A DNA stretch of 20,000 bases from an uncultured virus (IMG/VR IMGVR_UViG_3300037427_003924) (taxonomy: Duplodnaviria; Heunggongvirae; Uroviricota; Caudoviricetes). The notes under the pieces were generated by a model. That model was not told the DNA's origin, did not search any database, and saw nothing but the letters and a program-made list of their open reading frames with translations. A program made the translations under genes and the position numbers. Every line of letters begins with the position of its first letter. Positions within the stretch are counted from its first letter, which is position 1. Shown here piece after piece: positions 8,158-15,569 of this stretch. Location of the stretch: IMG/VR virus record IMGVR_UViG_3300037427_003924. The stretch is one strand, 5' to 3'.

Positions 8158-8281
8158 TTTCTGAAAGGCTGTTTTCTGTGCAGGTCTCGTGCCAACTCTC
8201 ATAAAAAATAAAAATAAAAAAAATGAAAAAACTCACACTTTAGGCTTGTAATTTTCTGTGGTTTTGCTATAATTTTTTCAG

Positions 8282-8506
8282 ATGAGAGAGATGAAATACG
8301 AGTCAGACATCCTGACAAACCAGTGGAAAGAGTTCTTCAACGAGGTCGCAGCGAAATGCGAATACTGGGAACTAGGTTTCGGCGATATCAACGCCGACAA
8401 GGAAAGCGAAATAGTTCGCGAATGCTTTGTGGATAAATACACTGTACAGCACACGGTGGACGCATGGCACGAATACGTGGTAGAGGAAATGGTCGACAGC
8501 CTGTAA
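8282..8506 (+). CDS. Early acidic hypothetical protein (near-leaderless)
   Basis: TTGTAA(8246-51)-16-TATAAT(8268-73, extended -10)-8 nt-ATGAGAGAG. Confidence 0.85.
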   Translation: MREMKYESDILTNQWKEFFNEVAAKCEYWELGFGDINADKESEIVRECFVDKYTVQHTVDAWHEYVVEEMVDSL

Positions 8507-8552
8507 AAAGGTGTTGACTTCGTTAAATAAATAACCTATAATATTTTTTGTT

Positions 8553-8765
8553 ATGAGAAAGTTTGTAATTACTTATCGGCCAGATGTCCACGAAGGGCAT
8601 CGGAATCTAGAAGGGGATCTCCACGCTTATGTCGTCGAGGTCGAGGAACAGTTCGCTAACAGCGAAGAAAAGGACAACTGTGCTGGCATCACCGCCAAGT
8701 GCGTTGAGAGTGGAATGTGGAAACGATTCCGCTGGGATAGGATCACCAACATGGCCGCGGCCTAG
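8553..8765 (+). CDS. Early small protein, possible WYL/SH3-like fold
   Basis: TTGACT(8514-19)-17-TATAAT(8537-42)-10 nt-ATG; ITY...C..SGMWKRFRWDRI resembles the WYL C-terminal motif. Confidence 0.75.
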   Translation: MRKFVITYRPDVHEGHRNLEGDLHAYVVEVEEQFANSEEKDNCAGITAKCVESGMWKRFRWDRITNMAAA

Positions 8766-8813
8766 GTGATTGAGCTTGACCTTCAGTTAAAATCTGATAT
8801 AATTATTCCTGTT

Positions 8814-9101
8814 ATGAGAGACCATTTAATAAAAACCGTAATCGTTCGCGAAGATAAAAATAATAATTGGCATATAATCGCCAAGCGCGGAGAAAGAGTT
8901 CTAGAAGAAACAAGGCCAGAGCCGAATTTCACTAAGGTAATGGAAAGAGCGCGGTTTGATCACTGCCTCTTTGATGACGAGCCAACGCAGCCAACAATTG
9001 AACGCTTCGACGATTCTAATACAGTCGAGAAAGGTTTGACTAGATTAGGCCAATGGCTCGAGAAGTGTTTCGATAAAATGGCAAATAAAGTGACTTTTTA
9101 A
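8814..9101 (+). CDS. Early hypothetical protein (near-leaderless)
   Basis: TTGACC(8776-81)-16-TATAAT(8798-8803)-10 nt-ATGAGAGAC; start revised to 8814. Confidence 0.85.
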   Translation: MRDHLIKTVIVREDKNNNWHIIAKRGERVLEETRPEPNFTKVMERARFDHCLFDDEPTQPTIERFDDSNTVEKGLTRLGQWLEKCFDKMANKVTF

Positions 9102-9140
9102 GTTGACAAATCTAAAAATTCTGATATACTAATTTCCGTT

Positions 9141-9377
9141 ATGAGGGATAGAAGAAAGAAAGCAGCAGAGGTAATCGACTTAACCCGTTTAGATATGGCC
9201 GGAGTCGAGGGTACATTGAAGTTCATTAGCGAAAGCAATGGGGATATCCAAGAGTTAAAAGAGATGGTTAACTCACAAAGGTTAATTCTTCAGAATCTAC
9301 GCAAAGGCTTAAACAAGCCAATGTTTCAAGACGGATTCGCTTCACCCCTAGGATTTGACTTACAAGACGAAGCATGA
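9141..9377 (+). CDS. Early hypothetical protein (near-leaderless)
   Basis: TTGACA(9103-08)-16-TATACT(9125-30)-10 nt-ATGAGGGAT. Confidence 0.85.
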   Translation: MRDRRKKAAEVIDLTRLDMAGVEGTLKFISESNGDIQELKEMVNSQRLILQNLRKGLNKPMFQDGFASPLGFDLQDEA

Positions 9378-9886
9378 AAAAAATAAAATGGTTAATCAAC
9401 GATCTCGGTCTAAACGAACTCAACGCATGGTGGCGGTTGGTCTGGACGGCAGCCCTAATGGCTTTGGCTCTTGAGACAGTTAGCGCACACACTCACACAA
9501 ATGCAAAACTTACCCGTGAAACAAAAATCATTGCTATCACTATACTTGCAGAGGCCAGAGGTGAAAAACAAAGCGGAATGTACGCGGTGGGTGCTGTCAT
9601 TGCTCAACGAGCATTTGAAAGAAAACAAACGCCCACAGAGGTATGCCTTAAAAAATGGCAGTTTAGTTGTTGGAACGGCAAAAGATTAAAAGACCTTGAG
9701 CATTTGTTAAAAGTCCCGCAAGCAAAGTATGCGCTGGCATTGGCTAAAAACATCAAACTTTTAAGTCGTGACTACGTTGGCTATGCTAATCACTACCACG
9801 CGACTTGGATGAAAAAGCTACCTTACTGGGCTAAAGGTCAAAAGCCTGTCAAGGTTATAGGCCAACACGCATTTTACAAACTATGA
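9374..9886 (+). CDS. SleB/CwlJ-like cell wall hydrolase (Hydrolase_2 family) with N-terminal membrane anchor
   Basis: TILAEARGE, AVGAVIAQR, WQFSCWN, ANHYHA, PYWAK and IGQHAFYK motifs. Confidence 0.92.
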   Translation: MKKIKWLINDLGLNELNAWWRLVWTAALMALALETVSAHTHTNAKLTRETKIIAITILAEARGEKQSGMYAVGAVIAQRAFERKQTPTEVCLKKWQFSCWNGKRLKDLEHLLKVPQAKYALALAKNIKLLSRDYVGYANHYHATWMKKLPYWAKGQKPVKVIGQHAFYKL

Positions 9887-10119
9887 AAAACGAAAAACGG
9901 CACATAGGCGATATCGGACATATGCCATTAGGAGGACAAGAAGCCTACCAAGAAATGTTTTATTCTGGTGCTAGCTGCGGCCTCGTGCGACGGAGCGGAC
10001 TAGATTCCAATGGCCGTAAAGACGGATCTCGCAGCAATGTCCATACAGTTTTTGAAAGACCAGCGGGATCGAACAAAACAAAATCAACTAATAGACAAAA
10101 ACCAAAACGAAGGAAATAA
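9883..10119 (+). CDS. Small basic protein, GGQ/basic-tail paralog 1
   Basis: ATGA overlap; C-terminus AGSNKTKSTNRQKPKRRK is shared with the next ORF. Confidence 0.8.
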   Translation: MKNEKRHIGDIGHMPLGGQEAYQEMFYSGASCGLVRRSGLDSNGRKDGSRSNVHTVFERPAGSNKTKSTNRQKPKRRK

Positions 10120-10122
10120 ATC

Positions 10123-10275
10123 ATGTCGAACGAAAACAGAAAAACACACGACACAAACGGCGGCCAAAGAGGTATGCACTTACGCGAAATGACCGCAGGC
10201 AAAGTGCTAATCAATAAAGCTGGTTCCAACAAGACGAACGCAACCAATCGCCAGAAACCGAAACGTAGAAAGTAA
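10123..10275 (+). CDS. Small basic protein, GGQ/basic-tail paralog 2 (50 aa)
   Basis: MSNENRKTHDTNGGQRGMHLREMTAGKVLINKAGSNKTNATNRQKPKRRK; not in the ORF track; SD-like AAGGA; codon-level divergence from paralog 1 supports coding. Confidence 0.8.
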   Translation: MSNENRKTHDTNGGQRGMHLREMTAGKVLINKAGSNKTNATNRQKPKRRK

Positions 10276-10296
10276 ATTTTTCTCATCATAACAACA

Positions 10297-10338
10297 GCCC
10301 CGTCGAGTTCTCTCTCTGCTCGGCGGGGCATTTTTTTT
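10297..10338 (+). terminator. Intrinsic terminator
   Basis: Stem gccccgtcgag/ctcggcggggc followed by T8. Confidence 0.85.
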
Positions 10339-10375
10339 AATGTCAAGCAAAAAAATAAAAAAAGTTTTTTCATGT

Positions 10376-10456
10376 CGTAAGTGACTGACTATCAAGGACT
10401 TAGGGCCGGGCAGCCCTGCGCGCAAGCGCTAAGTCACTAACTATCAATGACTTACG
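10376..10456. repeat. 81-bp paired-palindrome element, copy 2
   Basis: cgtaagtgactgactatcaaggacttagg + 23 bp + gctaagtcactaactatcaatgacttacg. Confidence 0.95.
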
Positions 10457-10573
10457 TTTTCAAAAGTGTCATTCTAGGAGGGATTTCATGCCAAGTGGTG
10501 TAAAAAATAAAAATAAAAAAAGTGATGTTTTAGGGTTGACTTTTTCCTAAAATCTGATAAGATAATTCCTGTT

Positions 10574-10846
10574 ATGAGAGATATGTTTGAAAATATGTAC
10601 AAGGTTCAGATCGCCAACTCTGGTGATGTCGCTGGTTTCCCGCGTTCTCACGATGGTCTTGAAAAGGCTATTATCTTGGCCTCGCGTGAGGGTACTGAGG
10701 TCACCTTTGATGGTGACGTCGTTTGGCCGGAGGAGGAGGCTCCTGACATGGATGAGTCCATGGACGGGGATCATGACTCCGCGATGGCCAGTGCCGGTTT
10801 CGGCACGGATGAGGACTACGGTTGTTTCGGTGGCGACGAGTGGTAA
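10574..10846 (+). CDS. Early very acidic protein (near-leaderless)
   Basis: TTGACT(10536-41)-16-TAAGAT(10558-63)-10 nt-ATGAGAGAT; tail DESMDGDHDSAMASAGFGTDEDYG. Confidence 0.88.
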   Translation: MRDMFENMYKVQIANSGDVAGFPRSHDGLEKAIILASREGTEVTFDGDVVWPEEEAPDMDESMDGDHDSAMASAGFGTDEDYGCFGGDEW

Positions 10847-10912
10847 AAAAAGTAAAAAAAGTGAGATTTAACTGTTGACATTTTTTTAATCTGTGATATA
10901 CTGTTTTCTGTT

Positions 10913-11146
10913 ATGAGAGATATGATAAGTTGTGAAGAGGTTTTCGAGGCGGACGCGAATGCGCGTGCGGAGTTTGAGGCTGTGTGCAGTGCATGGCAGG
11001 ATGAGGCCATCGCCGCGCAGGAGGTCGAGCTTGCGGCGCAAGCGGAACGCGAGGAGCGCGAGCGCGATCTGGCCATGGCCGAGGTCGAGGAGACGTGCTG
11101 GTGCAAGTTTTTCGAGTCGTGCTCCGCATGCTTCGGCAAGGCATAA
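10913..11146 (+). CDS. Early acidic helical protein with Cys-rich tail (near-leaderless)
   Basis: TTGACA(10875-80)-16-TATACT(10897-902)-10 nt-ATGAGAGAT; CWC..CSAC. Confidence 0.85.
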   Translation: MRDMISCEEVFEADANARAEFEAVCSAWQDEAIAAQEVELAAQAEREERERDLAMAEVEETCWCKFFESCSACFGKA

Positions 11147-11164
11147 ACCGTGCCAACCCCTATC

Positions 11165-11192
11165 ACTCACGCTGAAAAGCGTGAGTTTTTTT
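11165..11192 (+). terminator. Intrinsic terminator
   Basis: actcacgct-GAAA-agcgtgagt followed by a T-run. Confidence 0.85.
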
Positions 11193-11207
11193 ACGCCTCT
11201 TTAAAGT

Positions 11208-11288
11208 CGTAAGTCGTTGGGCTGCAAGGACTTAGGGCCGGGGCGGAGGGTCCCAGCGACGTAAGTCGTTGACTATCAGTGGTTTACG
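11208..11288. repeat. 81-bp paired-palindrome element, copy 3
   Basis: cgtaagtcgttgggctgcaaggacttagg + 23 bp + cgtaagtcgttgactatcagtggtttacg. Confidence 0.93.
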
Positions 11289-11458
11289 AGGATAAAATCT
11301 GAAATTGGAGTGACGTAAATTTTTTTCTTTTTGCATTTTTCGCATTGCCCTTTTTCCCAAGAGCCGCATCTCTCAGTTATTTGAGGGTCGCGGCTTTCCT
11401 TTTTAGCAACACGTATTTCGCGCCGTTGGGCTTTGGTTCCACATTCGTAACAGATCAT
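11276..11458 (-). CDS. Small Zn-ribbon protein
   Basis: CYEC and CEKC pairs; stop codon lies within repeat copy 3. Confidence 0.65.
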   Translation of the reverse strand: MICYECGTKAQRREIRVAKKESRDPQITERCGSWEKGQCEKCKKKKIYVTPISDFILVNH

Positions 11459-11505
11459 TATTTGACTGGTTCGTATTTCTTATTTAATAAATTACAAATC
11501 CGAAT

Positions 11506-11679
11506 TTAATCGCCGCTCTTTTTGCCATAATTAAAACTCATTCGATTTTTCTTATTGTTATAGCCTTCTGGTTCCAGCCCGTTCTTCTTGAGCCATTTCT
11601 TGTAACCAGCATCAACTTCTTTGGCTAGGCCCGTTGTGTCGCCGTAACCCCAATCACCTTGTTTTATTATGTCTTGCAT
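11506..11679 (-). CDS. Small protein (57 aa), similar to 15634..15828
   Basis: MQDIIKQGDWGYGDTTGLAKEVDAGYKKWLKKNGLEPEGYNNKKNRMSFNYGKKSGD; starts 2 nt after the upstream stop; not in the ORF track. Confidence 0.7.
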   Translation of the reverse strand: MQDIIKQGDWGYGDTTGLAKEVDAGYKKWLKKNGLEPEGYNNKKNRMSFNYGKKSGD

Positions 11680-11681
11680 TG

Positions 11682-11963
11682 TTATTCCGAAATGGTTTGA
11701 CGAATCTCTTTCATCTTCTTCTTTAGAAAAGAAACAGCCTCACAGTTTTTGGCATTAGTTTGGATGATATGCCCTAGACTGTACTCTATCTTACGCGTGA
11801 AGTCTCTGCGTAACGCATCCAACTTATCTGCATCCGCTCGCTTTATTGCGCGAGTCTTCTTGACCGCTTTCTTCTTTTCGGCCTTTTGTTTTAAATGTTT
11901 TGTCTTCACTTTCTTTTCTTCAAATGCCTCTAGTAACTTTTCGTAATTACTTACTTTATTCAT
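11682..11963 (-). CDS. Lys-rich hypothetical protein
   Basis: Start revised to ATG 11963 (MNKVSNY); the upstream extension lies in the RNA candidate. Confidence 0.75.
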   Translation of the reverse strand: MNKVSNYEKLLEAFEEKKVKTKHLKQKAEKKKAVKKTRAIKRADADKLDALRRDFTRKIEYSLGHIIQTNAKNCEAVSFLKKKMKEIRQTISE

Positions 11964-11976
11964 ACTATTAAAATAA

Positions 11977-12425
11977 GATGGTGGCGGGAGTATTTGTGTA
12001 CCCGCACCTTTTCTGTACCCAAGAAACAAATGTTTCTGATCTACTTACTTCGGACTCACCCGCGATTTTCCTCAACCGATTGGTCTCTGTACTTCTCGCA
12101 GTCGCTGCATTATCCCCGTGGGAGGGATTATTCTGCCACACCGACCTCTCTCCGTCGAGAGAGGAAATTGATAGGTTGCCGCCGCACCACCAGCAGTAAA
12201 ACGGGCGTGAGTTCGTGCCTCACAGGGGTATTTAACTCCGTCAACCTAAATGAATCGCTCTTGAGAAACTTCTCATTCTTAACCGTTTCAAGTCGAGTTA
12301 ACGACTGTCATGCTTTCAACGCGTTTATAGCTCAGAAAGACGTGATTAAGCGCATAGCCCAAGTTTTTTAGTGTTATGAGAGAGTCCTTTTGCAGGACAA
12401 TCTTTAGACTGCTAAACTCAAGAGC
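11977..12425 (-). ncRNA. Large structured ncRNA candidate (GOLLD-like)
   Basis: Gap without a credible ORF; preceded by boxA; long-range helix 12417-12425 with 12257-12265; many local hairpins; co-oriented with a tRNA. Confidence 0.6.
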
Positions 12426-12429
12426 AAAT

Positions 12430-12440
12430 TTTCAAAGAAC
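12430..12440 (-). promoter_or_regulatory. boxA-like antitermination signal
   Basis: GTTCTTTGAAA on the minus strand, as in rRNA leader boxA elements. Confidence 0.55.
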
Positions 12441-12625
12441 CTAAAAATTGTCTGGGGGTGATTAGCATTGTATTCCTACCCTAATCTTTTAAGTCAGCCC
12501 AGCCTGACACACCATAAACATGAAACGATAATATTAAATACAACCTTCGCTGATTAACCTCCACCAGCAGGGATTATCAAATGACAAACAATAATAAACA
12601 TTCCCCGAAGGGAAACTAAAGTATA

Positions 12626-12871
12626 TCAGCAACGGTCTGGCAATGCAACCTTTTTCTTTTCCGTCTCCAGATTCTCAAACTTCTTGTCCATGCCTTCGTC
12701 ATCCCAGTCGAAAGAAAAGTATTCATCAAATACCTTGGAGGCTATCCGTCCCTCTACGCTTTGAGTCGCTGCTTCTTTCAGCATAAACTTCATAGCTTTG
12801 AGTCTTTTCCGCATTTCTTCAGTACCCGCTTTTGTTCGCGGCCTCAACCAATGATCATCCATTTGTTTCAT
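12626..12871 (-). CDS. Hypothetical protein
   Basis: 81 aa; ATGA overlap with the upstream gene. Confidence 0.8.
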   Translation of the reverse strand: MKQMDDHWLRPRTKAGTEEMRKRLKAMKFMLKEAATQSVEGRIASKVFDEYFSFDWDDEGMDKKFENLETEKKKVALPDRC

Positions 12872-13509
12872 ACTTCTAATTTCGCTTCCCTTAACTGCTT
12901 ATGAGTATACCGTAGTCCGGCATTCCATGCAAGCCTTTTCTTCTTCGGTTCGGGAATATAAAAAATATTAAAGTGAGGCCCGATGGCAGTTTTATCCCGA
13001 AGGATTACCCTGCTAGACTTGTAGATAGGCTTCTTGCTTATATCCTCTACAAAAGTCTTATACTTATAAGGATTGTAATATGCACCTTTAAATTCTTCTC
13101 CCGACTCTGGAATGCAATTCTCGCACCAAGAATACTCTCCTTCGTTACGGCAGTTGCAGCCCCAAACCTTTTTCAAGTTACCATCTTCCCCTTTCTCAAA
13201 ACGATAGGCTTGGTGGTCTCCTTCGTTTACCCATGTGCCAATAACATAAGCGTGAACGTTTTTGCGCTTCTCACGGACAACACGTTGACGACCATTCTCG
13301 TTAACGTGAAACTTGGCATTCTTTAGCTCGACTCGGTGACTATGGCAATATAATCTCCCCGTGCTAGTATCAACTACAGAAAGGCAATCCTTCTGAAGAT
13401 TGTAGTAAACTTTCACCCGATCAGGTGCAACAGGGCAACCCATGTAAGTCTTGCGGGTTTCTGCATCGGCCCAGCTAATGAATCCTTTTGGTTCTTCTCT
13501 TTCCCTCAT
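12868..13509 (-). CDS. Conserved phage protein of unknown function (VYxNL / REKRKNVHA / YNPYK family)
   Basis: Motifs recalled from many phage hypothetical proteins; TTGACT(13543-48)-17-TATACT(13520-25)-10 nt-ATGAGGGAA. Confidence 0.85.
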   Translation of the reverse strand: MREREEPKGFISWADAETRKTYMGCPVAPDRVKVYYNLQKDCLSVVDTSTGRLYCHSHRVELKNAKFHVNENGRQRVVREKRKNVHAYVIGTWVNEGDHQAYRFEKGEDGNLKKVWGCNCRNEGEYSWCENCIPESGEEFKGAYYNPYKYKTFVEDISKKPIYKSSRVILRDKTAIGPHFNIFYIPEPKKKRLAWNAGLRYTHKQLREAKLEV

Positions 13510-13571
13510 AACTTCAAATAGTATAAGTTAAATTGTTTCTAGAGTCAACTATAAAAATAACTTTTTTAAAT

Positions 13572-13645
13572 TGGACGCGAGGGAGGGAATCGAACCCTCA
13601 ATTGTTCTTTTGCAGAGAACCGTCTTGCCGTTTGACCACCCCGCG
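13572..13645 (-). tRNA. tRNA-Cys (GCA)
   Basis: Acceptor CGCGGGG/CCTCGCG, anticodon arm GTTCT-CTGCAAA-AGAAC, T arm GAGGG-TTCGATT-CCCTC, discriminator U73, encoded CCA; 74 nt. Confidence 0.96.
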
Positions 13646-13738
13646 ATTGTAAGACCCCTTTCCCTTCTTGGGACGATGCACCCGCTCACCAGTGTTCCAA
13701 CTGACTACTGCTCGGGGCTTTTTAGGTTTCTCACTCAC
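13598..13738 (-). CDS. ArfA-like (alternative ribosome rescue factor A-like) micro-protein overlapping tRNA-Cys
   Basis: MSEKPKKPRAVVSWNTGERVHRPKKGKGSYNRGVVKRQDGSLQKNN; GTG start 8 nt after TTGACA(13769-74)-16-TATTAT(13747-52); not in the ORF track. Confidence 0.65.
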   Translation of the reverse strand: MSEKPKKPRAVVSWNTGERVHRPKKGKGSYNRGVVKRQDGSLQKNN

Positions 13739-13837
13739 AGGTGTTAATAATATCACACTTTACACATATGTCAACAGTAAAAATGTTTTTTTTAGGGGTT
13801 GACAAGTAGACCCTTTTATCCTATACTCATCCCAGTT

Positions 13838-14092
13838 ATGAAACTTAAAGAAATCAAAAACGGATCAATCTACTACAATACCAAGAAGAACCGTGCAGAG
13901 CGGGTAATCTCTAATACTTTTAGCAGTTCGCGAGTTGTGACAGAATTCCACGGTAAGAATCAAAGCGCGGTTGCTACTCGAAACATTCGACTCGCTAACA
14001 GCGTAGAAGTGGAAAAATACCTAGATAGAACAAGGAAAGGTAATCTAATGACTTTTTTCGGAAGACTCTTCTCTCCGAAGAAACTCGCTTGA
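13838..14092 (+). CDS. Early hypothetical protein (near-leaderless)
   Basis: TTGACA(13799-804)-17-TATACT(13822-27)-10 nt-ATG; start revised to 13838. Confidence 0.85.
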   Translation: MKLKEIKNGSIYYNTKKNRAERVISNTFSSSRVVTEFHGKNQSAVATRNIRLANSVEVEKYLDRTRKGNLMTFFGRLFSPKKLA

Positions 14093-14212
14093 AAGTCTTA
14101 GTCATGAGCTTTTAAGCGCCCTACCTTGGGGGTTTGCATTGGTTTTTTTAGCTTTTCCCAATGTTTTACTAAGGTAGGGGGGAATCTCCTGAGTGCTAGT
14201 TTTATTCTAGCC

Positions 14213-14249
14213 CAACCCTCCAGCCAACGCTGGGGGGTTGTTTTCTTTT
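14213..14249 (+). terminator. Intrinsic terminator
   Basis: Stem caaccctccagc/gctggggggttg followed by a T-rich run. Confidence 0.8.
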
Positions 14250-14254
14250 AAAGT

Positions 14255-14335
14255 CCTAAGTCTTTGGTAATCAGTGACTTAGGGGCCGCCGGGACCCCCC
14301 GCGCGACGTAAGTCGTTGGTAATCAGTGACTTACG
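14255..14335. repeat. 81-bp paired-palindrome element, copy 4
   Basis: cctaagtctttggtaatcagtgacttagg + 23 bp + cgtaagtcgttggtaatcagtgacttacg. Confidence 0.95.
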
Positions 14336-14485
14336 TTTCTAAAAGGTCAGTCTTTAGGAAAGAATCGTGCCAACTTCGGGCTAAATAAAAAAATATTTTT
14401 TTTAAAATAATGATGATTTAGGGGTTGACTCTGGATCTTAAATATGAGAAGATATTCGTGTTCTGAGGGAGAACTAAAAAACGTT

Positions 14486-15388
14486 ATGGCTAGAAACACA
14501 AAACCTACAAGTTCCGAATTCGACTACACAGTCGTGCAGGAACCGCTGTTCAACCGTGATGGTAAAGCCGTCAAGGTTGGTAATTCTCCAATTATGGGGA
14601 ATTTTCGCACAGACAACAATGTCTGCTTAGGTACGTCCACTGAGGCGTATGAAATCGTCAATAACGAATCAGTTGTTGAAGTAGTTGAGGATGCCTTTGC
14701 CGGTGCTGGCTTAGGTGACTTCGAGAGAGAAATCGTGGTTGCTCGTGAGGGCGCACGTTTTTATGGAGTCTATGACTTCCCAACGCAGGAACGTCACATC
14801 GCCAACGTCGGTGATGTCGTGTCTCTTCGTTTGACCTTAAACAACTCATTTGATAGGAGTTGTGGTCTCAACTGGGCCGTGGGCATGATGCGTAAGATCT
14901 GCTCGAATGGGATGTGTTCGCTGGTGGCTGACACCAACGTCACCAAAAAGCACAGCGCAAAGCTGGATCTGTCCTTCATTAAGGAAGGAATCGACGCATC
15001 GGTTGAAAAATTCGATGCATCTGTTGAGGCTTTCAAAAACCTCGGCAAGCGTGAGATCACCCAAAAAGAGGGCGGACTCATTCTGGACAACCTCGCCATC
15101 AAAAAGGTGCTTTCCGAGTCTCTTCGGGATTCAATCCAGATGGTCTGGGACTCGCCTACCTTCGCCAAGGAGGATGAAGGTCGCAACCTGTACAACCTGT
15201 ACAACGCGGCCACGGAGCATCTCACGCGTGAGGTGCAGTCAACTCGGTTTGAGTATGCCAATCGAGTCAATCGGGGCGTGCTTACTAATCTGTCACGCGC
15301 AGAGCAGAGCGCCGCTCATTTCGCCAAGCTGACGGCCAAGGTTCCTGAAAAGGAAAAGGTCATCACTGAGGTGACGCTGACGGCCTAA
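14486..15388 (+). CDS. DUF932-family phage/plasmid protein
   Basis: RTD...LG....YEIVNN, LNNSFDRS, MRKICSNG and NLYNLYNAATE motifs; start revised to 14486 (SD-like GAGGGA; promoter TTGACT 14425-30). Confidence 0.88.
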   Translation: MARNTKPTSSEFDYTVVQEPLFNRDGKAVKVGNSPIMGNFRTDNNVCLGTSTEAYEIVNNESVVEVVEDAFAGAGLGDFEREIVVAREGARFYGVYDFPTQERHIANVGDVVSLRLTLNNSFDRSCGLNWAVGMMRKICSNGMCSLVADTNVTKKHSAKLDLSFIKEGIDASVEKFDASVEAFKNLGKREITQKEGGLILDNLAIKKVLSESLRDSIQMVWDSPTFAKEDEGRNLYNLYNAATEHLTREVQSTRFEYANRVNRGVLTNLSRAEQSAAHFAKLTAKVPEKEKVITEVTLTA

Positions 15389-15403
15389 GGGGAACACAAG
15401 CAA

Positions 15404-15434
15404 CCCCCACCCTTCGGGGTGGGGGATTTTTTTT
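15404..15434 (+). terminator. Intrinsic terminator
   Basis: cccccaccc-TTCG-gggtggggg followed by a T-run. Confidence 0.9.
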
Positions 15435-15461
15435 AACTAAAAAGCTTGACAAAAAAAGAGG

Positions 15462-15542
15462 CCTAAGTGACTGACTATCAATGACTTAAGGGCGCCCGGC
15501 CTAGGCTGGCGTGCGTAAGTGCTTGGTACTCAATGACTTACG
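15462..15542. repeat. 81-bp paired-palindrome element, copy 5
   Basis: cctaagtgactgactatcaatgacttaag + 23 bp + cgtaagtgcttggtactcaatgacttacg. Confidence 0.95.
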
Positions 15543-15569
15543 ACTTAGGTTTTTAAAAAACTGAGATTT

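Noticed and set aside
10547..11204. Multiple overlapping alternative ORFs around 10574..11146
   Set aside because: By-products of locally high GC; only the frames starting at promoter-linked ATGAGAGA are supported.
11978..12371. ORFs 11978..12199 and 11994..12371 (+)
   Set aside because: Antisense to the surrounding operon, no promoter or start signature, and atypical composition.
11977..12480. tmRNA or tRNA (the region ends in ...CCGCCACCA)
   Set aside because: No T-loop GTTCRA before the CCA and no matching tmRNA 5' acceptor; kept only as a generic large ncRNA candidate.
14658..15332. Alternative ORFs inside the DUF932 gene
   Set aside because: Fully overlapped by a recognisable conserved gene.
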